From: Lama glama | Taxonomy: Eukaryota | NCBI GenBank assembly: GCA_028534125.1 | Contig: CM052816.1 | Span: forward strand, 5,272,001-5,336,000 | Direction of reading: 5' to 3' | Length of the DNA stretch: 64,000 bases | In this document: piece by piece, positions 1 through 12,800 of the stretch | Position numbering within the stretch: position 1 is the first letter of the stretch | Layout of the letters: the number at the start of each line of letters is the position of its first letter | Made by a program: the position numbers and the translations under genes | Notes under the pieces: generated by a model | Databases searched by the model: none | Seen by the model: the letters and a program-made list of their open reading frames with translations, nothing else | What the model was told of the DNA's origin: nothing

Positions 1-440
1 CACCCTGCCCAGTTTAAAACCCTTGAATGGTTCTTGCTGCTTTTAAAATAACGTCCAGAGACTCCCTAACAAGGCCCACGAGGCCCTGCAGGGTCTGGCT
101 TCTGTCTGCCCCTCCTTCTCACCTCCTCTTTCTCTCCCACTCTGCTCCAACCTCACTGACGGCACACCTGCCACGGGTTTTTGCTCATGCTGCCCCTACA
201 CCTGGAATGTTTTCCCCTCCTTTCTTTTCCTTTTTCCCCAATAAAATCTTTTTAAAGAAACCATTACATTTTTAAAAGAAAATTATCTTATTCATGAGCG
301 GTGAAAGTTTTCAAACAAAAAAAACAATGCAAGCTACAAAAGTAAATATCAACCCTCTTGTTCCAGGGCTCAAACCTGCTGCAGCAGCCAGTGATCAGAT
401 CCCCCTTTCTGTTAATCAGCCTTCTCCAAGCCATGGTCCA

Positions 441-456
441 CAGCGCCCTCTGGTGG
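441..456 (-). promoter_or_regulatory. CTCF motif CCACCAGAGGGCGCTG
   Basis: Reverse complement of cagcgccctctggtgg fully matches CCASYAGRKGGCRS. Confidence 0.7.
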
Positions 457-859
457 GCTCTGAGTGACACCACCAGCCGGTAGCTTCTGCTCAGTCACCT
501 GTAGCCCCACAAGACTCAACCACAGGACCAGAGGTGGAGCTAGAAGCATCATCGAAACACTTCTCATTTCACCGTGTAAAACTGGGACCTAGACAGGGGG
601 CAGGACTTGCACATGATCTCACTGAGTCTGTTGCAAAGCCGGGCCAGCCAGTGTTCTTTCCACCGCACCCTATTATGTAATCTAATACTCAAAAGCATCA
701 CAATGTTTTGGTAAGCAGAGACTTGCGGCTGATGGGTGAGCATAAGAAATGAGCTAAGCTTGTTTTAAATTGTCACTGCCCTCCTGAAATCCTCTACTCC
801 TGGATGTAGTCTTTAAGACCCTTTGTGGGCTACCCCACCTGAGTCTGCGAGCTCACCTT

Positions 860-1205
860 CAACATAGGAACTCCTTCCTGCCTCAGGGCCTTTGCACCAT
901 CTGTTTCCTTCACCTGGAACTCTCTTCTTCCAAACTGCTTCCTGGCTCATACTCCCTCCTCATGTCATTCAGCTGTCATAAAGAGGCATTCCCAGACCGT
1001 CCTACCTGATGTTGGTTCCTACCCCAGTCTCTAAAATATCTTGTTTTTATATCCTCCATAGCCCTATTCACATCTGAAATCACTGTGGTTAGTTGTTTTA
1101 GGTCTGGCTTCCTCTCTAGAATGATGGCTGTTGGGAATTTGTTCAGGACCCAGCAGAGGGCCCAGGCACTGAGTAAGTGCTCGAGGAATACGTTGGGGAA
1201 TGATG
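860..1205 (+). mobile_element. L2 3' end relic
   Basis: gcctcagggcctttgcac...cacctggaactctctt...ggcactgagtaagtgctc. Confidence 0.65.
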
Positions 1206-1267
1206 GCATGGAGGATGGCGCAGGACAAGGAATTAGCCAGAGACCACGTTAGAGAAAAGTATGGAGG

Positions 1268-1273
1268 TTTACT
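1268..1273 (-). terminator. Candidate distal polyadenylation signal (AGTAAA variant)
   Basis: Minus strand ...ccaTGTAcaactgtgattgtgactgttgctgAGTAAAcctcc...; UGUA about 25 nt upstream, pyrimidine/GT-containing sequence downstream. Confidence 0.45.
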
Positions 1274-3171
1274 CAGCAACAGTCACAATCACAGTTGTAC
1301 ATGGTAACTCAGGTCTTCACAAAGGCTCACTTTTCCAGGCAGGAGATGAGAGGTTGGCGGCCTCGGGCTTTCTTTATGGAATATGTCTGAATTCTCAAAT
1401 ATTCCCAGCCTGGAATCCCACTGGAATCCGGCTTCAAGCCTACCGCAGAGCAGAAGCCTGACCCTGTTGTCTGGCCCGGCTGAATCAAAGCCATTTGTGG
1501 AGTGGATGTTAAGAGGACCTTATCACTTAGAACGTAGGTCCAACTCCCACCCCAGAGGTGGCAGTGGGCCTTGGCTCAGGATGAAGTTTGAACTAAAATG
1601 TTCCTTGAATTTTTCACATGAAAAAGCATCAGCTGAAAGCAGAAAGGAACTCCAGAACAACACTCACTCCTTGCCCCTCTCCCACACTCAAATCTTCAGA
1701 AAATTTAATTAAAAATGCATTGCCTCCTAAGAATTATAAAAGATCACCCAATCTGTACAAACTAGGGATTGCTGAAGCAAGGAACCCAGAATTCTCAGTT
1801 CCTACTGTCAAGTCTTTGCCACTCAGAATTTCTAACTCCAGAGACTGGAAAAATGGAGATGCACAGGAAGAAATTTGAGCCACTTAAGAAAAAGAAATTC
1901 AACAGGGAGGAGGGTTTGAAAAGTGAATATGACGTGGACGTTGGGAACCCATATGCTACATCTTCAGCAAGAACCGCCCTTTCTCCCTAGGTCCTAATGT
2001 CATATCCCCCATCAGATCTCTTCTGTGGATGTATCCCTTTCTGCCTCTGAGCTATTTCTTCCTAAAATGGGGAATTGACAATTTCCGGACTGTTTTAAAA
2101 GTTGAAAACCCCAACGGGAGGCACAAAGTGGAGTGGCTGTTCACACTCATGCTTGCACACGCAGCCACCTGCAAGGCTTGGTATGTACAGCAAAGATGTT
2201 CTTTGCATTCCTAAATGTTTCTGGACTCTCCCTTTGGAAAGGCTACTGGTGGGCCACACAGGCACGAGACTTCCTAGCCACACCCTGTTTTCTGACCTCA
2301 GGCTTAGAAGAAAGGCTTCAGAGGAAAAGGGGTCCACGTTCTCACCCATTAACAGGCTGACAGCACCTCCACAGGCTCCTGGCTGTTTTCCTGAGCATCA
2401 GCCGGGGTGGTGCAGGGACCTGGATCCTTGAAACAGGTGGTTTTGCCAAATGAAGACAGAACAATGAGTGGCTAGTATGTGCGATCCGTTGGTTAGTTAA
2501 CAAACACCTTCTCTCCTTCCTTCCCGATTACCTGCTATGTTAAGTCACAGCACCTGCAGCCATGGGCTCAGCAATTACAAATGCCACAGCGCTCAGAGGA
2601 CCTGCCCATCCCTGCTGACGGTGCAAAACCAGACTCAAAAAGAGAACGGAGGGATGGAAAAGAGGATAGCTGAGGACTGCTTGCTGTTGCTCCTGCTTTC
2701 CATATGCATCCCTGTCTTGCAGAGAACACTGTCTCCGCTTGGAGTGGGACCATTTGGAAATCTAGCCAGTGCTCTGCACTCCACCTGGGGGCTAGGATGG
2801 GAGACTGCAGGCGTGGCTTCCAAACAGGGCCTCTCCCAGGGACTGCTGAGGCCCTTCTTGGCCACAGACTACACGAGTTGTCCAGCTGCCCTTTAAATTC
2901 GGGGTGTCACTCTCACTCAGTGGAACACCTTCTGGCCTCTGGCCCTTGGGGGCCATCTCCGTCCTAGATTCTGCTCTGGGCCCAACGCCTCCTGCTTGAG
3001 GTCAGACATTAAGAAACACACTCATCCGACAGGAACTGCACACACCACCAAAAACGTTCCCCCTCCCCCAACCCTGCCCCTTTATGTTTGTCTAGCAAGG
3101 CACTAGGAAATGATTCAAGTTTCGGGATTGGCTGTACATTTGCATTTTTTTTCTTTTTAAAAGGCACAGTT

Positions 3172-3177
3172 TTTATT
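3172..3177 (-). terminator. Candidate proximal polyadenylation signal AATAAA
   Basis: Plus-strand tttatt at 3172-3177 within the putative 3'UTR; downstream sequence is A-rich rather than GU-rich. Confidence 0.35.
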
Positions 3178-5166
3178 TTAATGATGCTGCTCTACTCTGA
3201 GGATGCATCCTAACTCACCTCTCCCAAACTGCAACACTTGCTATCCTAGATTCTGGAAGGGGCCTCATCTTTTGACTCCTTCGCATTGAGGGCCACCTGT
3301 AAGGACAGAGCACTCACTTGGACAAGCAAGCTTGGCAAGCCCGGGGCTGCCTCTCCTGCGGCAGGACAGGGGCTGGAGCAGGGCTTGTGCTGAGGCAGAT
3401 GTGGAAGTGACGCTTTGCCAGCTACACGCTTATTCAGGGTGGTAGTGGTTGGGTTTCCTTCCCTCCCCAGCTGACTGATGGCCTTGAGATCAGCCTGCAT
3501 TGCAGAAGCAGATTCGTGGCTCTGCTCCCACATTTGTGCCTCAGTTATTTCATTAGTAAATAACACAACTGAGAGGCTCGACTCTAAGTGGAATACTGAT
3601 TTCAAGGGCCTCCTGGGCTAGCTGCTGGGAGCCACGGGCTATAGAAGGTGATTTCCATTTTGGAATCAGTGGGTGGGAGGCTGGTTACAGAAACCCTTCC
3701 TGTTAGTTTGGGAGCCCTCTGGGAGTCTGACACAAAATTAACAAAGCAAGAGGTGAACACAAAGGACGGGCATGGAGCTGGGTGCACACCTGTTCGTGGG
3801 ACACTGGGGCCTGCTCTCCACTGCGGCTGCGGCCTTGGTGGGAGGTGGCAGGCGTCAGGTCTGGGCCGAGGACCAGGACACACCAAGGCCTCCAGTACGA
3901 GCTGATGGACCGCAACACCACCAACCTTGGACTTAGATTATGTCTAGGCTGGGGGCTGCCTTGCACGTATCACCCTTGGCTGGCTCTTTCCATCACAGCA
4001 TTCTAAAAATCCATATTGGATGTGAGAATACCAGAATCCCATGTGGCATTCGAGCCTATGATCAAATTACAGAGTTCTTTAAAAATCCTCAAGTTCCATA
4101 TGAAAACCAGAACCATGATGAGTCAGAGGCTAGGCACTGTGCCCACGGTCCACCTGGAGGCTTCTGGACTTTGTGAGGTGAACACCCGACACCTCTGTTC
4201 CTCTCTTGTGGCAGGTAATTGCCCGAGAGAGAGAAGAGAGGGAGAGAGAGAGAGGAGACAGAGACAGAGAGAAATGGAAGCACTGATGAGGGAAATTCAG
4301 CCAGAATTTCTAGTTTGGAGGGCTCCTACCAGGCCTGTGCCACAGGCTCAAGACCATGTGAAATGCAGCCCTGAAAAGCTGGTGGCCGGGCTGTCCTGTG
4401 CCTGGATGGCATGGGAATGGGCATTTCTGGTACCCCGAGAGCAAGGGGAGAGCCCCCAGATGTCCATGGTGCAAAGGAATGTCTGGGGGTCCCGCTTCTA
4501 ACCCCAGGCCTGGCAGCTGGCCTGTGTTGAGTACTGAACACTCTGAGGGCCCCAGGTATGGCCTTTGACTGCGTCTCCTGGGCTGTGACAGAGAACAGAC
4601 GCTAGGCAGTAACTGCAGTTATCCCAAAGCAGGCAAAAATTTAAAAGGCTGAAACCAGTGGCCCGCAGAAAGACTTCCTTCCCTTCTGCTACGGGTGGCA
4701 CTGGTGCTAAAAGCAGCCCCCCAAAAGACAGAATTTGTCTCTCTTTCTAAAGGACCATCATTAAAGAGTCAATGGAAGGCCAGGCAGCATCGCAGGACCC
4801 CCTTCTGGGTGGCCGCGGGCTGCCCTGGCACTCCTCCGGAATGATGCCCCAGGGAAAGAGGTGACTGAGCTGAAAAGGCTCTCCAGGGTTTCCGGATTTC
4901 CACGATGCCGTCAGGGGTGGAGCAAGCTCCGTGCCCTCAGGGGGCCTCCTGTGGGGTCTGCTCTCCACTGCAGCTCCATCACTCAGGGCCCCCCCGGGCC
5001 AGGGGGACACCTTGCCCAGCTTCAAGAGTCCCCTCTGCCCTGACCCGATGGGCCAGCACCTCTTCCATGACGGGGCCCACGATAGCCCCGCCTCCGTCGG
5101 GAGAGGGTGGCGGCGGCAGTGAGTGCCGGAGGGGACCCCGCCAGGCCTGGACGGGAACCGGAGGGC

Positions 5167-5325
5167 TCAGCTGCTGTTGAATTTTTCCAGGACTGTTGAG
5201 TTGGTGTGTTCGAACAGCCACTGCTGGGTGGGGGAGGAGGGGTTGCAGGCGTTCATGAAGATCCTGTGGTCGCTTTCACTGCAGTCCATGCAGCTGCCAC
5301 TGACGGGGTGGTACAGGGTCTTGTC
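5167..5325 (-). CDS. GALNT10: GALNT10 last coding exon (exon 12 equivalent), 159 nt including TGA stop; lectin gamma repeat
   Basis: [52 protein letters not shown]; ttttgcag|GAC; QQW ricin motif. Confidence 0.97.
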   Translation of the reverse strand, partial: DKTLYHPVSGSCMDCSESDHRIFMNACNPSSPTQQWLFEHTNSTVLEKFNSS

Positions 5326-5821
5326 CTGCAAAACAGGGAGGTTATCAGCCCGGCAGTGCTGGGACATGGACAAGCAGCAGCGGCAACAGCAGGGAGGCAG
5401 AGAGGCTCCCAGGCCTGTCTGAGCTTCCTCCTGAGCACACAGCGGACACTGCCCCCTTCCCTCGCTGTTGGCCTTGCCTCGGGCCTGAGTTGTGCCCTCC
5501 GGGATGCGGGCAGAAGTGACGCATGTTGCTTCCAGGCCGGGACCCTAATCACTGCCCATCTCCAGTCAAATTTCATTGGCTCTCAGGGCGGTTTTCTTTA
5601 AAAAAAAAAAAGGACTCAGTTGCCAACATTTACGATTCTAGAGATTTCACAATCCAGAAAGCTGGATTTCTGGCTTCTTTTGAATGACAGGAGAGCTGGG
5701 CACGGTAGGTTTGTGGACCAAATGCAGGAGTGAGGGGATCTGGGGAGGAGTGAGGCACCACATTGCTTTTTTTCTTTTTAAAATCAAGCTGGCTTCCCCG
5801 ATCCCCAGCGCGGCCACTTAC

Positions 5822-5971
5822 TTTGCGGTATTTCCACAGCTGGTTGCCCTTCATGCTGTGGCAGTCGTAGAGGGTGACAGGGCTGGTGTGGGAGATGGCG
5901 TCAAAGCAGAATTTCTTGGTGTGCTGGGGGTCTCCAGGCCGGATGTCCTCTCTCCAGGTGAAGGTGAACAC
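5822..5971 (-). CDS. GALNT10: GALNT10 coding exon (exon 11 equivalent), 150 nt, lectin domain beta repeat
   Basis: [50 protein letters not shown]; gcgcag|GTG and AAA|gtaagt. Confidence 0.97.
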
Positions 5972-6379
5972 CTGCGCACACAGGGACAGGACGATCGGAC
6001 GGCAAAGTTAGGGGACTTTCTCTTTTGGTAATTATGGAAAATTTTACACATGGCGGTCCAGAAAAAAGTATACTGACCACACCTGTTCCGATGGCCTGAC
6101 TTCTGTGATTACCAACTCACGGCCAATCTTGTTAGAGAGCCGCTCCTCTGCTGCCCACCCCCACCTGTACATTATTTTGAAGCAAATCCTGGACATCATA
6201 TCATGTCAGGGGTAAATACTTCAGTCAGTGCCATGATAACAATGAGAAGTTACCCCAAAGCCCTCAAAATCATCAAATATCCAGAGTTCAAGTGTTCCCG
6301 GACTGACTGACATATTTCTTTTCACAGTCTGTTTGAATCAGGATCCAAACCAGGTTCACATATTGTATTTGACTGGTAA

Positions 6380-8400
6380 ACTTTTTTTTTTTTCCAGAAG
6401 CTTTAGTGAAGAATAATTGGCATGAAATAAACTGCACACATTCAAAGTGTACAGTGATACGTTTTGACATATGTTTACACCTGCAAAACCATTATCATCA
6501 AGGTAATGGACATAAGATACCTATCACCCCCAAAGCGTCCCCAGGCCCCTCTGTAATCTTTTCCTCCTGTCCCTCCTCACTCCCTGTGCCCCGGGTCACC
6601 CCGCATCTGTTTCTTGGTTTTAGAGATTAGTTTGCAATTTCTGGAATTTTAAATAAAAGGAATTACACAGTATATTAAGTATATATTCTTTTTTTTGATG
6701 TGATTTCTTTCATTCAACATAATTTTGTTGAGATTCACCCATGTAATAACAGCATTTATCAGCAGTTCATTCCCTGTCATTGCCGAGCAGTACTTCAGTG
6801 CGTGGTACTCAATTTATCTGTTCTTGGATATTCGGGTTGTTTCCAGTTTTTCGATATTACAAATAGAGCTGCTATGCACATGCATGTACAAGTCACTGTA
6901 TGGACATACACAACATTTCTTTTCTCTTGGATAAATCCCTCCACGTGCAGTGGCTGGATCATGTGATGAATCAACATGTAACTTTCTAAAAAACTGCCAG
7001 GCTGTTCCAAAGTAGCTGTGCCACTCACATCCCATCAGCAGTGTATGGGCCCAATTCACCGACATCCTTGCTTTTAATAGGTTATCATTTTAATTTCCAT
7101 TTATCTAATAAATGATGAAGTATTTTTGATGTGCTTATTTGCCATTGATAGACCTTCTTTGCTAAAATGAAGTCTGTGCCTATTTTAAAATTGCATTGCT
7201 TCTTTTCTCACTGAATTTTGAATATTCTAGATGTAAGTTCTTTATCAGATACATGCTTTGTAAACATTTTCTCCCGGTCTGTGGCTTGCCTTTCTATTTT
7301 CTCAAGTCTCCGTTTAAGAACAAAAGTTTTTCATTTTGAAGAAGTCCAACTTATCAGTGTTTTTCTTTTGTGAATTGTGCTTTTGTTGTTTTATCTAAGG
7401 AATCATTGCTTGGGTTACCAAGGTCACAAACACTTTTGCCTATGTTTTCTTCTAACAGATTTTGTTTGAGGTTTTATGTTTGCTCCATTTATGAATGCTC
7501 CATTTTGAGTTAATATTTGTCTATAGTATATGGTGTTTATTAAAAAATTTTTTTTGCATATGTGTGCATCATTTGTTGAAAAGATTATATATTCTGCACT
7601 GAATTTCCTTTAAACATCTCCAAAAATTGGTTGTCCATATATGACTGGGTCTATTTTTGGACTCTATTCTGTTCCATTGATCTTATGTCAACATGAAACT
7701 GTTTTAATTACTGATACTTTATGATGCATCATGGAATCAAGTAGTGTTAAGCCTTTAATTTTGTACTTCTTTTGAAATTTTGTTTTGGCTGCTTTACATT
7801 CTGTCCATTTCCATGAGAATTTTAGAATCAGCTTCTCAATTTCTATAAAAAAGCCTACCAGAATGTTAGGGTTGTGCTGCCTTTAGATATTTGTTTGGAA
7901 AAAACCGACATCAGTAGAGTCTGCCAACCTACGAACATGGTATATGTCTTCATTTATTTAGAAGTTCTTTAATTTCTATCAGAAATGTTTTGTAGCTTTC
8001 AGTATGCAGGTTTTTCACATCTTTTGTCAGTTACATATCTGAGTATTTCATATTTTTTTATTGTGAGAGCTTATTTTAATTTCTGATTCTTCATTATTAG
8101 TATATAGAAAAACAACTGATTTTTTTTATCTTGCAATTTTGCTAAACTCAGTTACTAGTTCTGGTAGCTTCCCTGTAGATTCTACTGAATTTTCTTTTTT
8201 AAAAATTTACTTTATTTTCATTTTATTTATTTTTTTGAAGTGGGGAGGTAATTAGGTTTATTTATTGACTTTTTTTTAAATGAAGGTACTGGGGATTGAA
8301 CCCAGGACCTCACGTATGCTAAGCAGGCACTACCAGTGAGCTATACCCTCCCCTCTCCCACTGAATTTTATACATAGATAATCATACAATCTGCAAATAA
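6380..8400 (-). mobile_element. Old L1 (L1M-type) 3' region, degenerate
   Basis: T-rich antisense L1 3'UTR/ORF2 end motifs (ttctttatcagatacatgctttg, aagtccaacttatc, ttgttgaaaagatta). Confidence 0.8.
8194..8359 (-). mobile_element. tRNA-derived SINE (camelid vic-1 type), near full length, inserted in an old L1
   Basis: Minus strand GGGAGGGTATAGCTCACTGGTAG (A box)...GGTTCAATCCC (B box)...aataaataaacctaattacctcccc, A-rich tail; TSD ACTGAATTTT at 8184-8193 and 8360-8369. Confidence 0.85.
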
Positions 8401-8535
8401 AGACAGGTAGGGCCCATGTGTGTGCCCTGCACCATCTGACCCTCTGCTTTTGCAAAGGACCTGCATCACAGGCTTGTATCAGTGTACACTCCCCAAATGC
8501 CAGAAAATCCACAACGGCACAGGAGCAGCCCTTAC

Positions 8536-8652
8536 CTGCATGTTGTTCCAGGCAGCCTCCCCACGGCCCCGGACGCAGCTCTCCAGCCTCAGCGGGGAGC
8601 CCAGGGCCCCGTGCTTTGTGTCTGTGCACAGCCCTGTGCCCACGTTGCGGAT
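8536..8652 (-). CDS. GALNT10: GALNT10 coding exon (exon 10 equivalent), 117 nt, lectin domain alpha repeat
   Basis: IRNVGTGLCTDTKHGALGSPLRLESCVRGRGEAAWNNMQ; gcccag|ATC and CAG|gtaagg. Confidence 0.97.
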
Positions 8653-9249
8653 CTGGGCAAGAAAGAAGGGAAGAGTGGACCAGTGAGGCACCTTGAGATA
8701 CCCACTGGGGCCCCTGCCGGGGTGGAAGGAGGGAACCAAGGCAGAGGCATCACCTGGGCTGAGCTCTGAATCGTCCCCACAAAGCTTGCCCTGATTTGGT
8801 GAACAGGCCCTGAGCCTCTCGATAAAGGAACACTCGGTCCGCAGAACGCAGCTCTGCTAAACCCTGCTCTGTCTTAGAGTGTGCGGGGTCCTGGGGGTGA
8901 GAGGGTTTAGAAGGAGGACTCCCAGAGAATTCAATCCATAGGTCCAGAAATAAAAGTTTACCCACATTCCAGAGGATCTACAGGCTCTACCTTGAAAACC
9001 ACCCTAGAAAAGGTGTAAGGTCTTTGCTGTCAGGGCCTTGGACTCTGCCTTTTAGGGCAGGTGAAATGCAGGATCCGAAGGAGAGCAGTGGTCTCACTAG
9101 GACGGGGCTGCTGTGGTGGGGAGAAGGACGGGGGAGTGTGGGGGCCTAGGTGCTCAGCCAGCATGCCCACGGGCAGGCCACCATGCTAGGTGCCGGTGTC
9201 ACGGCGGGGAGTCCCCAGTTCACAGACATCACTCCTGGTTTCACTGCGG

Positions 9250-9680
9250 GGTCGGGAGGATGGCAGCTGTGAAAAGGCCCCACAGCAATGTCCCACTGCA
9301 GGGAGTCTGATGCCCAGCTGCTGTGTTCTGCACCCACCACCATGTCTGAGAAGAGGCCACAGCCCCATGGGAGGCCTCCAGCCAGTGCCTAAGGTGGCTA
9401 GCCCATTCCTGGGAGATGTGGACTCCTCTGGCCAGTGATGTGGCCTGAAGACTGCCCATTAACGTGGCCAAACTTCCTCAGAGCCTACCTGCAGGCTGGG
9501 CCCTTCCTACCCCAGCCTGCCTCCCTCGCCTCTCCCCTTCCAGAGGGCAGACCAGCATCACGGTCTGACAGCTCTCCCAGCCGCACCAGGCTCCCTGCTC
9601 ATTTTTTCTCTTAGGTGTCTTTCCAAAAAAGCCTCTTGTATGTCCAGTGCCATCTTGGTGCCTCCTTCTCAGAGGACCTG
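9250..9680 (+). mobile_element. ERVL/MLT2-like LTR relic
   Basis: gtgccatcttggtgcctccttctcagaggacctgaactaaca resembles an ERVL LTR 3' end; start uncertain. Confidence 0.45.
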
Positions 9681-11443
9681 AACTAACATGGGGGAGAAAG
9701 CCAATAAAGCGGCAAAGAAACGAAGAGCTTCATGAGGGAAATCGAGACAACACCTCCTCTAGAAAACCTGTGTTGGTGTCGGGTGGTGCTGGGCAGACGG
9801 CGACAACTGAGTCGGGAAAGGTCCCCCTAATTTGCTGTGTGAATGTGAACACGTGACACCTGGTGTTTCTGCTGGCCCAACACGTGTCTCTCCTTCCTCT
9901 GGTGACAACACCTTAATTTTCCCATGGGGCCACGACTCCTGACCCACCCGGTGGCCAGAGTGAGCCTCCTCCCCTTGCTCCCCCTTCCTCCAACAGCCAC
10001 AGTAACGGGTGCAGGAGCCAAGAACCAGACTTCGCTCCTGGACCTCTGCTGGCTCTCCCGGGAGAGAGGTGTTTACTGCCTGCTGGGGTGGCCAAGCTGG
10101 GGGTTTGTCAGCCGGACGCTTCTGGGCTCCATCTTGCTACTCTCGGCCCGAGGCCAGCACAAAGGGGAGTGCAGTTAAGCAGGAGAAAAAGAGACTGACA
10201 TCATTTGAGCCCCCGGATCCAGGCATTTGCAGCTGAAGACACCGCTATCCAAGGCTCCTATGGGAATCCGTAAATCCCCCCTTTTCACTTTAAAAAGAAT
10301 TTCGGGTGCTCACAACGCTTATGCTTTTGCGCCCCTGCCATGAGCCCCAGTACATCCATCTCTCTCTCAGCTGGAGACTTGGGAGCCAGGATCTGGTGCT
10401 GCAGGGCTTCTCCCTAACGTAAGACTCTCCTCCTCCAGCAGGACAGCTCTGGGTGTGGGACTCGGGCAGCCACCCAGGACCCCTTATTCAGAGTCTGTTT
10501 TACTTTAAAGCTCTACTGTTGCTGTCTTAAATGCTCTAAAGACTTTATCTTTGAGCCTGTAAGTGAGATCTGCCGGGACCACGGAGCATGAGGTGACAAA
10601 TGCTATGGGAACATCTGCTGTTCCTTTCTGCTGAGTTTACACACAACACCTGCGATTCCCCGCAAGTCCCGGGGTCCCACATGCACGGGAGCTCAGTGAG
10701 ACTCAAAGCGAGGACGGGGGAGCCCATCATAGCTATGACTAAGTGGGGGCACCTGCATGTCCCAGAGGCCACGCCCTCCTTTCCAACAGCACTGGCTTCA
10801 GCTGCACAAAGAAGAGCAGTGGTGGTCAGAGACACAGGAGGGACCCGGGAACTCCATCATGTCCTGTCTTACTTGAGTTACTTCCCTGGATGAGCCAATC
10901 ACTTCAGCAGCAGGGAAGAGCACAGAAGGAAGGGAAAGATGGGGCACCTACAGTTCCTCTTCCTTTGGCTCAGCCTTACTCCTCAGCAAGCCCACGATAG
11001 AGAGCATGGATAGGGCTCGTACAGTATCATGAAGTGAAATAAAAACAGCTGAGTTAGTTTTGTGCAGTGTTTCCACTGTCCTGGTAAGAAACACATATGG
11101 CAAGGACAAGGTTTAAAATACAGATGGTGAAATTTCACCCATTCTGCACCTGAGTTAAATGCTCTCTTTGCCTTTAAAACTAGCACCACAAAATACAAAG
11201 ATGAGTGGTGAAATCCATGCTAATAATGTGAAGTTCTAATTTTCTCTACTTATAACATTAAATATCAAACAACAAAAAACACCACAACGAGGCTAGGTGA
11301 CCACAGAAAGCAACGAACAAGACATAATGTGTTTTATATCTCTCTGCTTTTTCCCTGACTTGTGGACCGGGGGTCTGCGCGCGCATTTTGCACGGGGCAC
11401 CCCGGGCCCCAATTATGCGGCTGGCTCCGCCCGCCAGGCTCAC

Positions 11444-11665
11444 CTCCCCCCAGGCTGCGGCTGGAGGCTCCACCGGTGGGTAGAACTTGGGCAGGTCCCA
11501 GGCGATCTTGGTCATAAACCACTTGAAACTCTTGCAGTTAAGGGAGCTGCGGAGCTTTTTCTGGGCAGCTACGTCCCCAGCCGAGAGGTGGCGGTACTCA
11601 GGCCGGCGCTGGTAGATGTGTTCCGCATACTCGTCCATCCACACCTCTGCCACTCGCTTTAGGTT
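11444..11665 (-). CDS. GALNT10: GALNT10 coding exon (exon 9 equivalent), 222 nt
   Basis: [74 protein letters not shown]; ctccag|AAC and GAG|gtgagc. Confidence 0.97.
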
Positions 11666-11828
11666 CTGGAGGGGACAGGCAGGTGCAAGGGTCAGGCTCT
11701 CTGAAGGGCTGAGGCCAGCAGTGGGTGCAAAAGGTCCGGGGAGTGGGGGCGGAGGGTGGGGGTGGGGGGTGAGGTTTTTACGTTGCATCAAAGACTCTAG
11801 CCCCACTGTGTTTTTAAGCCTTCTATAT

Positions 11829-12211
11829 ATGTATATAAATTATTACTTTTTTCATTGTAGTCAGTTTACAATGTTGCCTCAATCTCTGGTGTACAGCATA
11901 ATGCTTCAGTCATACATGCACATACATATATTCGTTTTCAAATTCTTTTTCACCGTAAACTACTACAAGATATTGAATATAGTTCCCTGTACTATACAGT
12001 ATAAACCTGTTGTTTATCTATTTTATATATAGTAGTTAGTATGTGCAAATCTCAAACTCCCAATTTATCCCTTCCCACCCTCTTCCTCTCTGGTAACCAT
12101 AAGTTTGTTTTCTATATCTGTGAATCTGTTCCTGTTTTATAAATAAGTTCTTTTTTTTTTAGATTCTACATATAAGTGATATCACATGGTATTTTTCTTT
12201 CTCTTTCTGGC
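11829..12211 (-). mobile_element. 5'-truncated lineage-specific L1 3' end
   Basis: Antisense L1 3'UTR (agattctacatataagtgatatcac, tagtcagtttacaatgttg); perfect 13-bp TSD AAGCCTTCTATAT at 11816-11828 and 12212-12224. Confidence 0.85.
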
Positions 12212-12269
12212 AAGCCTTCTATATTTCTATTTATTACTTATGCATGTCTTAAGGACTCTACAACTTACA

Positions 12270-12800
12270 GTTGAATGATACACTGCTGTGGTTTTTCTTG
12301 CCCATCTCTCACTACCTCTTTTTCTAGTGGTCGCCTCCCACTGATGTTCCTTTGGGGAACACCCCTGCCTCACTGTTATCTCACTGCCTGGAGGAAAAAG
12401 CATGTGACCCAGCCTGGCCATTGGGAATACAGACAGCCTCAGATACAGGGATTGGTCAGTAATGAGCATGTGACCTAAGCCAAGCCAATCAGAATCAAGA
12501 GGCATTAGTCGTGGGATTTTTTTCTGGAACCATAGGGAAGAATTGCAGGATAAGATCTGATGGATAGGATGCTAGAAGAGCAGCTGGACCTGTGCAACGC
12601 CTGTCTGAGACAAAAGTCAGCGCAGGATGAAGCAGAGTGGAGGGCGAGAGCCAGAAACACATTATCTTCTTTTAATTCCTGAATCCAGCCATGTCTGAAG
12701 CCAGAACTACCTCAGGACTCCCCACTTCCATGTCAGTAAATTCCCTTTCTGCTTACCCCAACTTGAGGTGGGTTTTGTCATATTCAAGGAAGGGTGCTGC
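12270..12800 (+). mobile_element. MaLR LTR (MLT1J/K-like)
   Basis: catgtgacctaagccaagccaatcagaatc, ccagccatgtctgaagccaga, taaattccctttctgctta. Confidence 0.7.

Larger units (their letters stand above)
1250..5166 (-). other. GALNT10: Probable long 3'UTR of GALNT10 (distal end approximate)
   Basis: Repeat-poor stretch after the stop codon, ending at a candidate polyA signal just before an L2 relic; the human gene has a 3'UTR of roughly 4 kb (from memory). Confidence 0.55.

Noticed and set aside
1549..1566. CTCF-like CCCAGAGGTGGCAG
   Set aside because: Mismatches across the 5' ASY positions; too weak to call without a scan
4016..4501. 161-aa ORF with an ERRE-rich segment
   Set aside because: Charged segment is a translated GA microsatellite antisense to the GALNT10 3'UTR
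8280..8355. tRNA-like sequence with A and B boxes
   Set aside because: Has a SINE tail and TSDs and is repeated elsewhere in the window; a SINE, not a tRNA gene
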